DNA of 64,000 nt from Pocillopora damicornis (taxonomy: Eukaryota): contig NW_020846501.1 of NCBI RefSeq assembly GCF_003704095.1, positions 310,001 through 374,000 on the forward strand, read 5' to 3'. The notes under the pieces were generated by a model. It was not told the origin of the DNA. It did not search any database and saw only the letters and a list, made by a program, of their open reading frames with translations. Below, in pieces: positions 1 to 11,845 of the stretch. How positions within the stretch are numbered: the stretch's first letter is position 1; each line of letters opens with the position of its first letter. The position numbers were made by a program, and so were the translations under genes.

Positions 1-269
1 CTATCGCCTTGTGTCCGTCTTCAGTTCTGTGTCAGTTGGTGCTGGCTCTGTTCCTCTCGCTGTAACTTCTCCGGTACAGGAGCGGAAAATTTAAACTCAT
101 TAGTTAATTAAGTAACATGTAGTTGTTTGAGCAAAGGCTCAGCATTTCAATAAACGGGGTTGTTTATTTACTTTGACCAGGCTTACATTAATTCTTGTTT
201 GCACAACATCTTTTTGCTCCTTCCGAAAATTGTAAACATGCATGTGCTTGAGACCTTGTACAAAGTGTA

Positions 270-845
270 GAAACATAGGTTTGCCTCTGTATTTCACTTT
301 ACCTCTTGTTGTTTATCATATTACTTTTATAAAGGGTTGTCTTCATTACTTTTTACACGATGATACGGGTATGAAATTAAAAAAATGATCGGAAATAATT
401 TGAAAATATACCACGTGCCGTTTGAAACGTGACTGCACGAAACTGGTCAAAAAAGAAACGTGCATACATGACATATTGATTTCCATTTAAATTGCCTCTG
501 GACTTCACTCTGCCTGTGGCTGTTCTCTGCACGGTCCAAGAAAAGTATTTTAATTTTTTCTTTTTAAACGTTGACATGGATATGAAGTATAAAACGGATG
601 GCAATTAAACTTCGAACCTGGATTACGTGCCCTTTGGACCCGTGACCTTAAAGTTGACTTTACTGAGCTGTGCAAACATAGGTATCCGTTCTGTTTTTCA
701 CTCTCGATCCCTGTAACATTTTCAGTAGTTGTTCGTGAATAGAGTTCTAAGTTTTTCTTTTTAAGTTCTGGCCTGGGTTCAAAATTGAAAAACGGCCGCG
801 AATAAATGGAAAATTGATCACGTGCCCTTTCGACCCGTGACCTTG
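270..845 (-). repeat. Array of ~200-bp degenerate tandem units (left arm of an inverted pair)
   Basis: Motif (g)atcacgtgccctttcgacccgtgac and variants recur at ~412, ~622 and ~816, each with an aaacatag...ttgcctctg/cactct block. Confidence 0.7.
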
Positions 846-2699
846 GGGGCTGCTTGGGAAGGAAGTGTTCAAACATAGTCCCGGTTCTTAGTGCTTCTGT
901 ATCTCGTCCTGACGGCTACGGTTAACTGTATCGTTTCCGTATAAAGTATAAATTGTTTCCTTTTTAAAGCGCTGACTTGAGTATGAAAAAAGAAAAAAGC
1001 ACTTAGACAAAAGTGGAAATTCCGTAGTTAAAATCGCTGGCCATCTAAGGTCATACAACTTAACTTGTTACATAACTGAGTATCTGTTATGTAATTACGT
1101 AACTGACATGGTCACGCTTAAGCCAGGAGATCTTTGAAAAAGAAAACTACGCATGTAGGCACAGACTGAAATGAAATTCGATTATCACAGCTATTATAAC
1201 TAAGCTAGTCCTAAATGTAATACTTGCTGCGTTTTTGTTTTGAAATTAGAAGCACTGTTCCCTGTGCACACGACTGCTCACGTGGCCGGTAAAAAAAAAA
1301 GGTATCATCAGCGTACTTGTGGGTGGTGAAGTACTGGCCGTTGTGCATGCTGGGCTTGTTGTGTATGACGCAGTACTCTCTTGTACAACTAAGACTTTTT
1401 CACACCACGTCGCTTTCTTTTTCTTGTTTCCCTTCAGATGTAACAAACTGTGCTATGAAGAGGTTATAAACGAACATGGCTGAACGCTTAGAAATATTCC
1501 GTAGTTTTATCGCAAAGGGGTACAATGTCAATGACACTGACTCGTTGGTGACGTAACGCAGTAAAACACCACATACTCATTTGCATCACATTACGTACTA
1601 AAATATTGACAAAAAAACTTAAATGAAATGCAAAGCATAAAGCCAATTTGACAGATTGCATCATCACCTCTGGATCTTCAGATGGTCCGATCTCGTCCGC
1701 GCTCTGAGACCACCTTGAGCAAACCACAACGACGACAGCATCGAGGACGTAGCAAATTAAATGATCTAATGGGCAGAACAATTGCCAAGCATGTGTGTTT
1801 TTTAATTTTGTGTATTTTAAGCCGTCCCCTGCAAAATAACAGCATGAAATCACCAAACTTTGTGTGGCCTCAGGACGGAAACTCCGACGGCAAATTATTA
1901 AAGGTTATACAACTGTTTCGAGAAAGGTTATCGGAAAAAATGACAAAAATGCAATCGGCAATCTCGAATGGTTATCTCGGTATCCGGCGATCAGTAAACT
2001 TTTATAGGTCTAATAAGTAATGATTAAAAAATCATGATCAAACCAGCTTTGCCTTCTCCGTTACTGTGACTTTTTCATAGATTTCCCTGAAATCTTGAGG
2101 TGAAGGAACCGTGACCTGGAGACTACCCACAATACCTTTCGGGGTAATTGCGTGGCGCGGCTTGTGTAGGAGGACGGTTTTAAGCACGTCTTAGTAAGCC
2201 ATGGCTTAAAAAAAGACGAAAAACAACTGGAATTAATGAAATCGTAGCTTTTTCGCGGCTTACTTGAGATGCGGCTTACGTTAGATGCGAACTTAGACTG
2301 CGCAAGCGCAATTTTCTTCCTGCGCTTGCGCAGACTCGGGTGCAGGCCGTAAATCCGAGGGGCAAAAAACGAGATTCTGTAACTTACCGTATGGACCGTC
2401 ATGTTATCTCTGGGTTCGAAAAAAGGGAGAATATTTCAATTCAAACAAACTATTATAACCTGTCTTAGAGTGAAATTCAGCACGCTAAATTGACCTACCA
2501 TAACGTACATACAAACTGGGAGATACAATAACATCATGAGGTGTATTTCCGTCGCTTAATTACATAATAGTTGCAGAGTTATATAACAAATGACGTGAAC
2601 TTTGATGGTCAGCGACTTGCACGGAATTTTCCATTTTAATGCAATACGTCGATTTATCTCATATTCATATTTAATCTTTATACATTAATTGTACAGTTG

Positions 2700-3410
2700 A
2701 AAATAACTGGCAGAGTGAAACGCAGAGGCACAAGGAGCGTAGACCCAGTTTTACACAATTCCTTCAAAACTGTCGCCCAGGTCACGGTTCGAAAGGGCAC
2801 GTGATCTAATTTTTTTTATTTCTTCGCTGCTGTTTTTCAATTTCGTACCCCTGTCATTGCACAAAAGAAAAACTTTAAACTCTGTAAATAAATAATACCC
2901 GAAAAAGTCACAGGGAGAGTGAAAAACAGTGGCAATTAAAACGGAAAACTATGTTTGCACACCTCGGGTCCAAAGGGCACGAAATCTCGTTTCGTTTCTT
3001 CGCTTACACGTTGTTCTTTTTTATTCCCATGTCAGTTTTTAAGAAAAGAAAAATCAAAAACCATCTTCATAAACGATATGGTGAACAGAAACAGGCAAAG
3101 TAAAAAACAGAGGCAATTATAACCGAGACCTATATTTGCACACTTCACTAAAAACAACATTGAGTGTCACGGTTCAAATGACACGGAATCCAGTTTCGAT
3201 ATTTCTTCTCCTGCGTTTTTCTGTTTTAAACCCACATCAGCACTGCTCAAAAAAAAAGGAAAGATAACATCCCTATTACACTCATTTACGATATTGAGAA
3301 GAGCAACAGGCAGAGCGAAATTCAAAGGCAATTAAAATGGAAACCATTGTTTGCACAATCCCTCAGGATCACTTTCAGGGTCACAGGTTCAAACGGCACG
3401 TAATCTATAG
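2700..3410 (+). repeat. Array of ~200-bp degenerate tandem units (right arm, reverse complement of 270-845)
   Basis: gtcacggttcgaaagggcacgtgatct and variants at ~2781, ~2965, ~3166 and ~3380, interleaved with ggcaattaaa...tgtttgcaca blocks. Confidence 0.75.
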
Positions 3411-4212
3411 GTATTTTTGCAGCGTTTCTTTAAATTTCATTGCAGGCTGCCTTGCGAGAAATGAATTTGAAATATAATACGTGGATGATAAATAACATGT
3501 TAGACATTTTCGTATGTAGTAGCGCGGAATGCAGTAACCAGGTTTTTGTATCTTTTATGAATCCGCTTTACGTCAAGCTGTGAAAAGGTAATTCAATTGA
3601 CTTATTTTAGAGGCCATCATAATTTATTGCCTGGGGGGGAGGGGTCTAGGATCTTGGGGAGATCACGTGGTTTTCAAGGGAATGGAGGGGGGAGATAAGC
3701 CTTCGCCAAAAATAGGTCTTAAAGGAACTTACGGAAAGAAATGCGAGTTTGTTGTTGATAAGAGTGACCACGATAACTTTTGGTATTTATCCTAGATTCA
3801 AGTAGTCTCGCACCGACATCTACCTTGGCAAAGCAATTGTAAAGTTACAGTTACACGGTAGGATCTGGGTACGAGAAAAAGATTTACCAAACGATCTAAA
3901 AATAGCTTTTCTGCGCTGTACCAGAAAAACTCCCGAGCGATGTCACCTTCAATATACAATTCATAATATCTAAATATTTAACTTTCTCTCTAGTCGTTAT
4001 TAAGCCTTCACGGTCACTGAATGGACTTCCATAGATGCAGCCGTCAATAAATGTTTTTTCTAACTCATGGGAGCTCTCTAATTAGGTACGTTTCAACATC
4101 GTCTGATTAGTATATGTAATCACATGAGGCCAAGTACTATTAAGGATTAATTGCACGAGAGTTTTCAAAATTTTCCAAAATTGCCCGAGTCGCGAAGCGC
4201 AAGTGCACAATC

Positions 4213-4420
4213 CCACTGCAGATATTCCCGGCCAGCTGATCTGTTAACAGTCCTACGTAGGCATCATCCGGTCCAATTCGAGTAACCTGCCTCGATAAGT
4301 CGAGCATTTTTGGAAGTAAATTCGCCAACAGAACATGCATAGCTCCTTTACAAAACTGTGGATAATAGTCTGATGAAAGTTCGTCTTTAGTCACGTAATG
4401 AGAACCCCCTTTTTCTCTTA
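4213..4420 (-). pseudogene. Inverted internal fragment of a GT31 beta-1,3-glycosyltransferase
   Basis: HYVTKDELSSDYYPQFCKGAMHVLLANLLPKMLDLSRQVTRIGPDDAYVGLLTDQL matches the intact copies; no N- or C-terminus. Confidence 0.9.
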
Positions 4421-4424
4421 CTAC

Positions 4425-4525
4425 AAGTCTTTAGCCGTGAGTCTTTTTCTTTTAGCCGTGAGGTTTTCTCTTTTGTTGTAAGTCTTTTCTTTTTGCCGTG
4501 AGGTTTTTTCTTTTGTCATGAGTTA
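4425..4525 (+). repeat. Short tandem repeat (ttttgccgtgaggttttttc-like units)
   Basis: About five ~20-bp degenerate units. Confidence 0.7.
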
Positions 4526-4669
4526 ATTAAGTTGATAAAGGGTGTACCCGAAGTGTCGTCCATTTTTACAGATTAACGAGCTTCGTTCTTTCGAACAAGT
4601 TTCTTCATCATGAATTTAGTGCAGAGGATGAAAAGGAGAAGTAATTACAAGTACAATCACCTTGAATAA

Positions 4670-5410
4670 TCACCTTTAAAGGAGAAGATGTCAAGGAAAT
4701 CTACTTCAAATCCATTGTACCAGCAGTAACTTATGGTGTTGGGGTGTGGAGAAACTGCAGTTACTCTACTATGGACTCTTTAAATCCTGTTGAAGTGAGA
4801 GCTGTACGAGTTATCCACCAGGATAAAAGCCTTGAAAAGCTAAATTGGTTGCCAATTTCTTATATATACAAAAGAAGACTCCTTCTCCGGAAGCATGATA
4901 TTTTAAATGATTAAGTCTTACGTCCCCCTTTTCATTTGAAGTTAGGCGACAGACCATCACGTAGGGGTGGGTTACAGATTGAAATCCCTGGGGTGAAGTA
5001 CAAAGTGGAATGGAATCAGCACAATACAGAGGCCCTGTAATCTGGAATTTTATTACTAGGTTATTAAATTTTAATGCAAACGTTCAAAAAGACAGTTTTA
5101 AAAACATTTTACGTAGGCTCTCACAAAACATAAATAGCTTCTCATTCGAAGCACTCATGATAGCTATGAAAGACCGAGATTTTGTATATTTTAAAGTATT
5201 ATTATAATGTGCGTAAATTTCTAGATTAGTTTGTAATTTTTATTTGTCAATGAACCTCATTTTATTGACTTGTACTGAATTCAAATACCATAGGGTGATT
5301 TTACAAATTATTTTCTTTATAATTTCACATTTTATTTCAGTGTTAATTGTAGGTCCACATCAGCCTCATGGCTGCCACTTTTGTAACCTACATCACTAAA
5401 TAAAATGATT
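4670..5410 (+). mobile_element. Decayed 3' end of a CR1/L2-like non-LTR retrotransposon
   Basis: Translates as KEIYFKSIVPAVTYGVGVWRNCSYSTMDSLNPVEVRAVRVIH...YRGPVIWN, typical of the post-RT region, with stops and frameshifts; followed by a 3'UTR-like tail ending in aataaa. Confidence 0.7.
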
Positions 5411-5479
5411 GATTAAAAAGAATTGTATGAACAAGAGTAAAACTGAAAATAAAAAGAGTTCTTTCCTGGTCGTGAACTC

Positions 5480-6420
5480 GACATGGGATCAAACCAAAAT
5501 CTAGAGTTGTAGGGATCGAAAGTACAGGAAGGGAAAGTTGCAGGAAATTTCTGTACAGAAATCAACTTTAACCAGAGCTGTAATATTCAGTAGATTCTCT
5601 ACTATTAGCCAAATTAACGTTGTTTCACAAAGTACAATTGGACAATACTTACCGAAACAGATAGTTACCGTGGATACTGAACGGCCTGTTTTCATGCCGA
5701 ATTCGTGATGAGAGAATGTGTTTTTTGATAAAAGTTGATAACAGCTTGTTTTAAGTATCTTGTCATGTTAAATAGACTTTTTTCTCACAATAAGAGAAGA
5801 TGACAATTACCGTTAGACTAAGTGTAACATAAGATAGTTTCAAGCAAGTTTCTTACCAATATTTGGAAAGAAATCGTTGAGAAGGTTAGATCTCTTGAAA
5901 TTGCTTTGACAGCGGCAGTTGTCTCGTCTTCTTGCTTGTAAGCTACAATATTCTGTCTGGGTCCGGGGTTGGTTCCTCTTGTTAGTAAATTTCAATATTC
6001 CACAGATGTTTTTTCTTCAGTTAATTTATATTTGAGGTGTTTGGCCTTTGCTTGGCGTATCTCAGTTGTTATCTCGTTTTTGAGTTTCCTCAGCCTATTT
6101 CGTAGGATCTTTTGTATTAATTGCTTCTATGAAAAGCATAAATCTACATTTCAGTTTGTGTCTAATTGTTTTGCTAATTTTTGTCTAATTGCACGGTAAC
6201 GACATGTTTCGCATATTCACGTCTTTGAACGTACGGGATGTGAGTGTTGCATACATATTTCAACAAACCAGGTAGCATCGTCTTTGTCATGCAATCCCCC
6301 AAAAATATGGATAGGAATCATTTGAATCAAAGTTCCAAAGATTTCTACTTCCTTCAATATGGGAAGTAAACCAGACAGCGATGAGATATATTTGGCCGCC
6401 GAACTCTAATACGTTTCATT
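5480..6420 (-). mobile_element. Highly decayed LINE ORF2 fragment (EN-RT linker)
   Basis: Minus-strand LRNRLRKLKNEITTEIRQAKAKH and KYCPIVL (YRPISL-like), with many stops. Confidence 0.5.
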
Positions 6421-8869
6421 AACTTCACCTAAGTGGCAACAATAGCGTCAACAAGAGAATTTCTCGTGCAGGTGAGACGACTTGGTTCTTCAATATCATT
6501 CTGGCGCCGTTTGGATAATGCTATCCACTGGATAAATCTCTACCCGGTGAATAACTTAATACTCTATATGAACACTTATCCGTTGGATAGCGTTATCTGC
6601 CCTTTAAAAACCTGGTCCTGGATGCTAAACTCTTCAAAGAGACTTAGCAGCCTCCTCGTCTTGGTTGTAATAGCTTCGGAATCAGGAATTTTTTGAGCAG
6701 CAGTGTGGTCCTCCATTATAAGGATAAGGCTGTATGAAGTATTTCGAAAACCTGAGAAGCCAAAGATACCAAAATGACATAATGGTGGAATTATAAATAT
6801 TTAATATTCAAAGGTTAAAATGTGATTCAAGCAATTGCTCGTATTTTTCCTTGCCCTATAAATTGCACTTCTTTGCTGTCGGCACGGTTGTAGTTCAACC
6901 GGTACTCGAGGTTTACACTTTACAACTCAACTGTTTTCTGCATGCTTATTGCTTAACTGAACGCTACTGGCATTGCTCACATTCTTTTACAGTAACCAGG
7001 GAAGAAGTGACAGAAGATTGACAATCGTTCATAAAGCGGTCACCTACCTTAATTTATACTCAGGTAATGCCTTGCGCGGTAGATCGTAACCATGCTGCGC
7101 TTGCGCGAGGAGATGATTAACTCGCGGACTACGCATTGTCAAAGTCTGTTTCGTGTTAAATTTTCACTATCTTTCGTAGGTTGCCTGGACAAAATTTATT
7201 CGAGAACATTTAAGTTTAACTCTATTACGTTGACAGGTTAAAGGTAGATACACAGCAGGTTATTTTCGGAGATTAAAACTTACTAAAAACAAGACAAGAC
7301 AAGACAAGTCGACACCAGCTTATCTATTAAGTTGGTCGTTAGCCTTGTTCTAAAACCAAACCAGAAACTAATCGTAAAATTACTGCAATTAAATAAGGTG
7401 TCCCACGCGTATAAACCTAAAAGTAAATCTCGATGAAGCTTGTGCATTTTGTACACTTGCATATTTGATAAAAGGCAGTCTGTGGCTACATTGTATAGTT
7501 TTAGAGAATAACAGGAAAAAAAATTAACTAAACCCGAAAAAACCGAACATGAATACGGAAGGACCCGATCAGATTCGTTCAACGATGGCCGGTGTCGGAA
7601 CTGAACTAGGATGAGTCGTAAGAGATCACGGTTACGAGTGTCTCACGATAGTCCGTCATTTTGAAAACCGTGAGGGGCTTGGGGAAGGTTTAACAAGACT
7701 TACACGACACCACAACATAATGCCTACGGCTTTCCTCGAAGGAAAGCGCAGTAGGTACAAAAATGAACATGAGGAAACATTTAATTACATGTTTAAAGCC
7801 AACAGTCGACTTATGCAACAAAATGCCTGTTGAAGCCGTTTACTGTTTAGGCCACGTTAAGCTGCTTGAGAGAGGTTTTAGCTTAAAATTACTATCAGCC
7901 TTCTCTCATGACCAGTAGAATAGTGAACTGTCAGATTGTCATCAAGCAAGTGTGATGTTACAACATAACTAGCGCTAAGCTATATCAAAACATTCAATTT
8001 GATACTGAGAGTGTAAATCAAGATACTAAAAGAGAGTTCATGCTCTATTAACAATAAATATATAATTTGGACTTGTTTTGCGTTTCTTTCTTTTAAAGAA
8101 TACTTCAAAAAAGCAGTATAGTTTTCAAAAAGTGTGGTAAACTAGTAGGATGATATGCAAATGTCTGCAGACTTGCCTAAAGGCGCCTTCGGTGCTCTTT
8201 GTTGCGTCTTAAAATAAATACACAAATTTTATTGAAATTGGGTAACATAAATAAGTGGTAACTCAGTAATATACATAATGGCCCTCAAATATTGTAATAA
8301 ACATATAGGGTTTAAAAGTCTCAACTGGCCGGAGGCAAACCAGTTGGTCGTGTGTAACTGTTTGCAGAAAGGTTGTCGGAAAAAATAAGGACAAAATGCA
8401 CTTCAGGCTAGGGTTTTGAAAAGAAATCAGATAATCAGAGGGTTTTAAAACGTGAAAAAATATATATAGACAAAAGGGCTAATGAACAGGGGATAAATAC
8501 CGACAGGACCGTCTGATGCTTGAGGAAGACAATAATATAGAATACTATCTTGAACATTTTTTTCTTTAGGTCTCTTCGAATTTCGCTCTCGTTGAGTTTT
8601 CGTCGTTCGTTAAGGTCAGTTCATTTTTTTTCTCGTTTTTCATCAAGTTTAGAATCAAAAGTTAGTCTTACGAACGAAATATATTCAATAAACCCCTTAT
8701 ACCTTTTCCTACAGTGATATTATTTTCAGATTCTCCGGAAATCCTGCGGTCAAGGGTTACTTTTGACCTTTAAACTACACACAACACCATCAGGGGTTGT
8801 CACGAAAGCTTTGTTCCAAAAACCTTTTAGCAATCAATTGTGTAGAGTGTAGCCAATGTGTTAAACTCG

Positions 8870-8971
8870 GGGCAATTGAGAACAAATCCAGTAAGTAGCA
8901 GGGTGGAGGAATTGAACTCGGGACACCAGATTATATGTCCAGCCCACTAACCACTCAGCCATACTGCCTCC
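8870..8971 (-). mobile_element. tRNA-derived SINE head
   Basis: Reverse complement ggaggcagtatggctgagtggttag...cccgagttcaattcc contains Pol III A/B-box-like motifs; no full cloverleaf. Confidence 0.75.
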
Positions 8972-9016
8972 ACAACTCGCCACTTCCAACTTCCTATGTT
9001 TTTAACTTCTGCAGGC

Positions 9017-10102
9017 ATGACCAAGAAAGTTCGTTGGCGGAGACTTTTTCGATGTGGACTATGCTTTGCAGTAACAGTGGGCCTGATGAATTATTTCATA
9101 CCCTCTTTAGACCAGGCAGTACAAACAAGTCATCGTCAAATAGATCTTAGGAAATATCAAAGCAATTTTCCCATCCTGTCCCCTTCCATTGAACCACGAG
9201 TTACCAACTTCGAAGACTTATTCGTTCTGGTGATAGTTTCAACTTCGCCCAACGATGAGATGAAAAGAAGAGATACGATACGTCGTACTTGGGGTAAATG
9301 TGACGAAACTAACAACAATTACAAATGGAAGGTTGTATTCATGATGGGAAAATCCTCGAGTAACGACAGGAATGAAAAATTAATGGCAGAACACAAACGG
9401 TATGGAGATCTTCTTATAGCTGATTACATCGACAAGTATCGAAACATCACGACAAAACTTCTCATGTCATTTAAGTGGGCGACGCGAATTAGATGTAACT
9501 ATATTCTGAAAACTGACAGCGATGTTTACGTTGATATTCCTGAGTTAATGAAATGGTTGCTGAATCGAGGCCATCCAAACTCTCTGTACGCTGGCATTCT
9601 GCACGGAGGCACTGTAATAAGAAAGAGGGGGCATCGTCATTACGTGAGTAAAGACGAATTTTCGTTAGACTATTATCCACCGTTTTGCAAAGGAGCTATG
9701 TATGTTCTGTCAACGAGTTTACTTCCAAAGATGCTCGACTTATCAAGGCAGGTCACTCGAATTGGACCTGATGATGCTTACGTTGGACTGTTAGCAGATC
9801 AGCTGGGAATATCTGCAGTGAGAATTGAAGGTTTTTTTCAAAGAAGGCCTAACTTTTTGTGGTTAATAAGTGAATGTGAGTTGAGAGATCTCCTTGCGAT
9901 TGGTGATTTTCTTACTCCAAGTCAATTGAACTACATTCATGAAGTGAAGCATGCTAAGACTTCTGGGCAGGGGTTCGACGCCTCTCACAGTCTTTGTGTA
10001 TCTCTGTACATGAAATTGTCCCTGCTTCGATTATTCTGTGTAATCTGTTTACCCAGTCTGTTTTTTTTCGGCTATAGAAGAAGTAAAACAAGAATTTCAT
10101 AA
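9017..10102 (+). CDS. GT31 beta-1,3-glycosyltransferase (B3GALT1/B3GNT-like), copy A1
   Basis: N-terminal TM, RRDTIRRTWG, DYIDKYRNITTK, DxD motif KTDSDVYV, YPPFCKG, PDDAYVG. Likely ATG at 9017 just after acceptor ttctgcag; the ORF track starts at 8996 inside the intron. Confidence 0.93.
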   Translation: MTKKVRWRRLFRCGLCFAVTVGLMNYFIPSLDQAVQTSHRQIDLRKYQSNFPILSPSIEPRVTNFEDLFVLVIVSTSPNDEMKRRDTIRRTWGKCDETNNNYKWKVVFMMGKSSSNDRNEKLMAEHKRYGDLLIADYIDKYRNITTKLLMSFKWATRIRCNYILKTDSDVYVDIPELMKWLLNRGHPNSLYAGILHGGTVIRKRGHRHYVSKDEFSLDYYPPFCKGAMYVLSTSLLPKMLDLSRQVTRIGPDDAYVGLLADQLGISAVRIEGFFQRRPNFLWLISECELRDLLAIGDFLTPSQLNYIHEVKHAKTSGQGFDASHSLCVSLYMKLSLLRLFCVICLPSLFFFGYRRSKTRIS

Positions 10103-10134
10103 ATGAATCGAGAGGCTTTCCCCGTCTCAGTAAG

Positions 10135-10400
10135 ATATATTTATTCACCACAATGGAGATGAACGGTGATGGATAATCACTAAGCTGTGGAGCGGCAAAG
10201 TGAATATTCACCACTTTCACTGACACTGAGGCGAATAATTCATTTAATATATACCACATCGATACCAAAAAATTGTTTTTTTTTTTCATTTCAATACATA
10301 GAAAACGGTGGGAAATTAAAGTCTTGACGCGCGATTTTGTCTCCTCGGCTGCTCGGAGGTGAATAGAATTAGCACTATTTACCTGTGTGCTATGTGTATG
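10135..10400. mobile_element. Non-autonomous repeat (MITE-like); second copy at ~18095-18380
   Basis: ccactttcactgacactgaggcgaataatt core with internal ttcacc/ggtgaa inverted motifs; present in both duplicated units. Confidence 0.55.
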
Positions 10401-10959
10401 CCTAAATAGAGTATCTTTGGAAAAGCTCTATTTCAATAGTAATATCGCTGTTCGCAGACTATGTAAATTAATTCAAAATACAATTATAATTTCGGTAAAA
10501 TAAAGTTGATAATTTAAAATAATGCTAGGATCTATGATATACATATAATATAAAACGCTGTAGATGTAAACGTTATCAAAATGTCAACAAGTTACTTTCC
10601 ATAGGGGGAATTAAGGCATTAATTAAATGGTCTGTGCTAGTCGCAATACTTTTAAATGTATATATATATATATGTATATAAAATGTTCTTGGCAGGCAAT
10701 GACTCGTGTAGTCTGAGGTTAGAGTTTGATATCACAGAACTAAACAGCTTTGAGTAAACATGTGCCTGTCTTTTCTTCTGCTGATAGGGCGTACTTGTAC
10801 TTGTAATTTCTTAGAATTTGATAGACCTATGCAAAAGATTGATAAAACACTTCTTCGTGCACGCTCTAAGTCATTCCTCAGATAAGCAAGAAGGGCATAA
10901 TGGAATAGATAATATTTTCGTTAGATATGGTTTCTGTGAACATTGCTAAGCCAATACAA

Positions 10960-11466
10960 TTATTGTTTCGCGAATTACCATATAATGGTATTGAAATGCG
11001 TTGTGCTCATGGCCAGTTTAATAATGCATTGCAAACACAACTACTAACCAAAAAGTATCTCGATAGACTCATAAGATTTCATGACGTTGATTTCTTTAGT
11101 CTAAATGTAAATTCAGGTAACGATCTAGATTGTAACGCTTCATTTGGGAGCCATCCGTTGTAAATACAACTCTTCGTCCATCTTTGCGCAGTTAATAAGT
11201 AGAAATAGGTCGTTCGAATCTTGCCTCTCTTTGTTTCACACCAATATACGAAACTTTAGAAAAACCTTGGACAACTATCAAACCCATATCTTATACGAAC
11301 TAAATTTTCATTTTAATCTTTTAGCAGTAACGGAAACAAAAATTAATTACGATAATCTTGACTTTAATTCAAACATAACATATTACAATATTAAATATTT
11401 TCCTACACCTCTTTCTGCTGGACGTGTAGGAATGTATAGAAACAACAATATACAATACAAAGTCAA
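10960..11466 (+). mobile_element. LINE (CR1/L2-like) APE endonuclease N-terminal fragment
   Basis: SLFHTNIRN...FNLLAVTETKI...TPLSAGRVGMY are canonical APE motifs. Confidence 0.8.
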
Positions 11467-11845
11467 TGAGATCTCCTTGGAATTGGTGACTCACTTACTC
11501 CAAGTCAATTGAATTACATTCATGAAGTGAAAAACGCCTCTTCTGCCTCAGCTGGGAATATCTTCAGAGGGAATTGACAGATTTTTTCAGAAAAGCCTCT
11601 TACCGTATATCTTCTGGTTTATGAGTAAATGTGAGTTGAGAGATCTCCTTGGAATTGGTGACTCACTTACTCCAAGTCAATTGAACTACATTCATGAAGT
11701 GAAGCACGCCCCTTCTGCCTCTTACTATCTTTGTATTTCGTTGCTTGAGAAATTTTTCCTATTTATATTATTTTTAATAATTTTAACGTGTCCGCCGTTT
11801 TTAGGTCGTAGAAGGTTTTCTACAAGGATTTCAAAAAGAAAATAA
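11467..11845 (+). pseudogene. 3' remnant of GT31 copy B with an internal duplication
   Basis: 11550-11845 is nearly identical to 21689-21984; 11467-11549 repeats part of the same segment ahead of it. Confidence 0.9.

Noticed and set aside
1-2410. Full gene model from minus-strand exon-like pieces
   Set aside because: Phases could not be joined consistently and no recognisable domain was found; mentioned only as possible cargo.
8870-8971. tRNA gene (also 16820-16920 and 32471-32545)
   Set aside because: A/B boxes are present but there is no acceptor stem or cloverleaf, and the sequence continues into SINE body.
8996-9016. ORF-track start MFLTSAG for GT31-A (also 16947)
   Set aside because: It lies in a polypyrimidine tract and acceptor (ttttaacttctgcag); the downstream ATG is more plausible.
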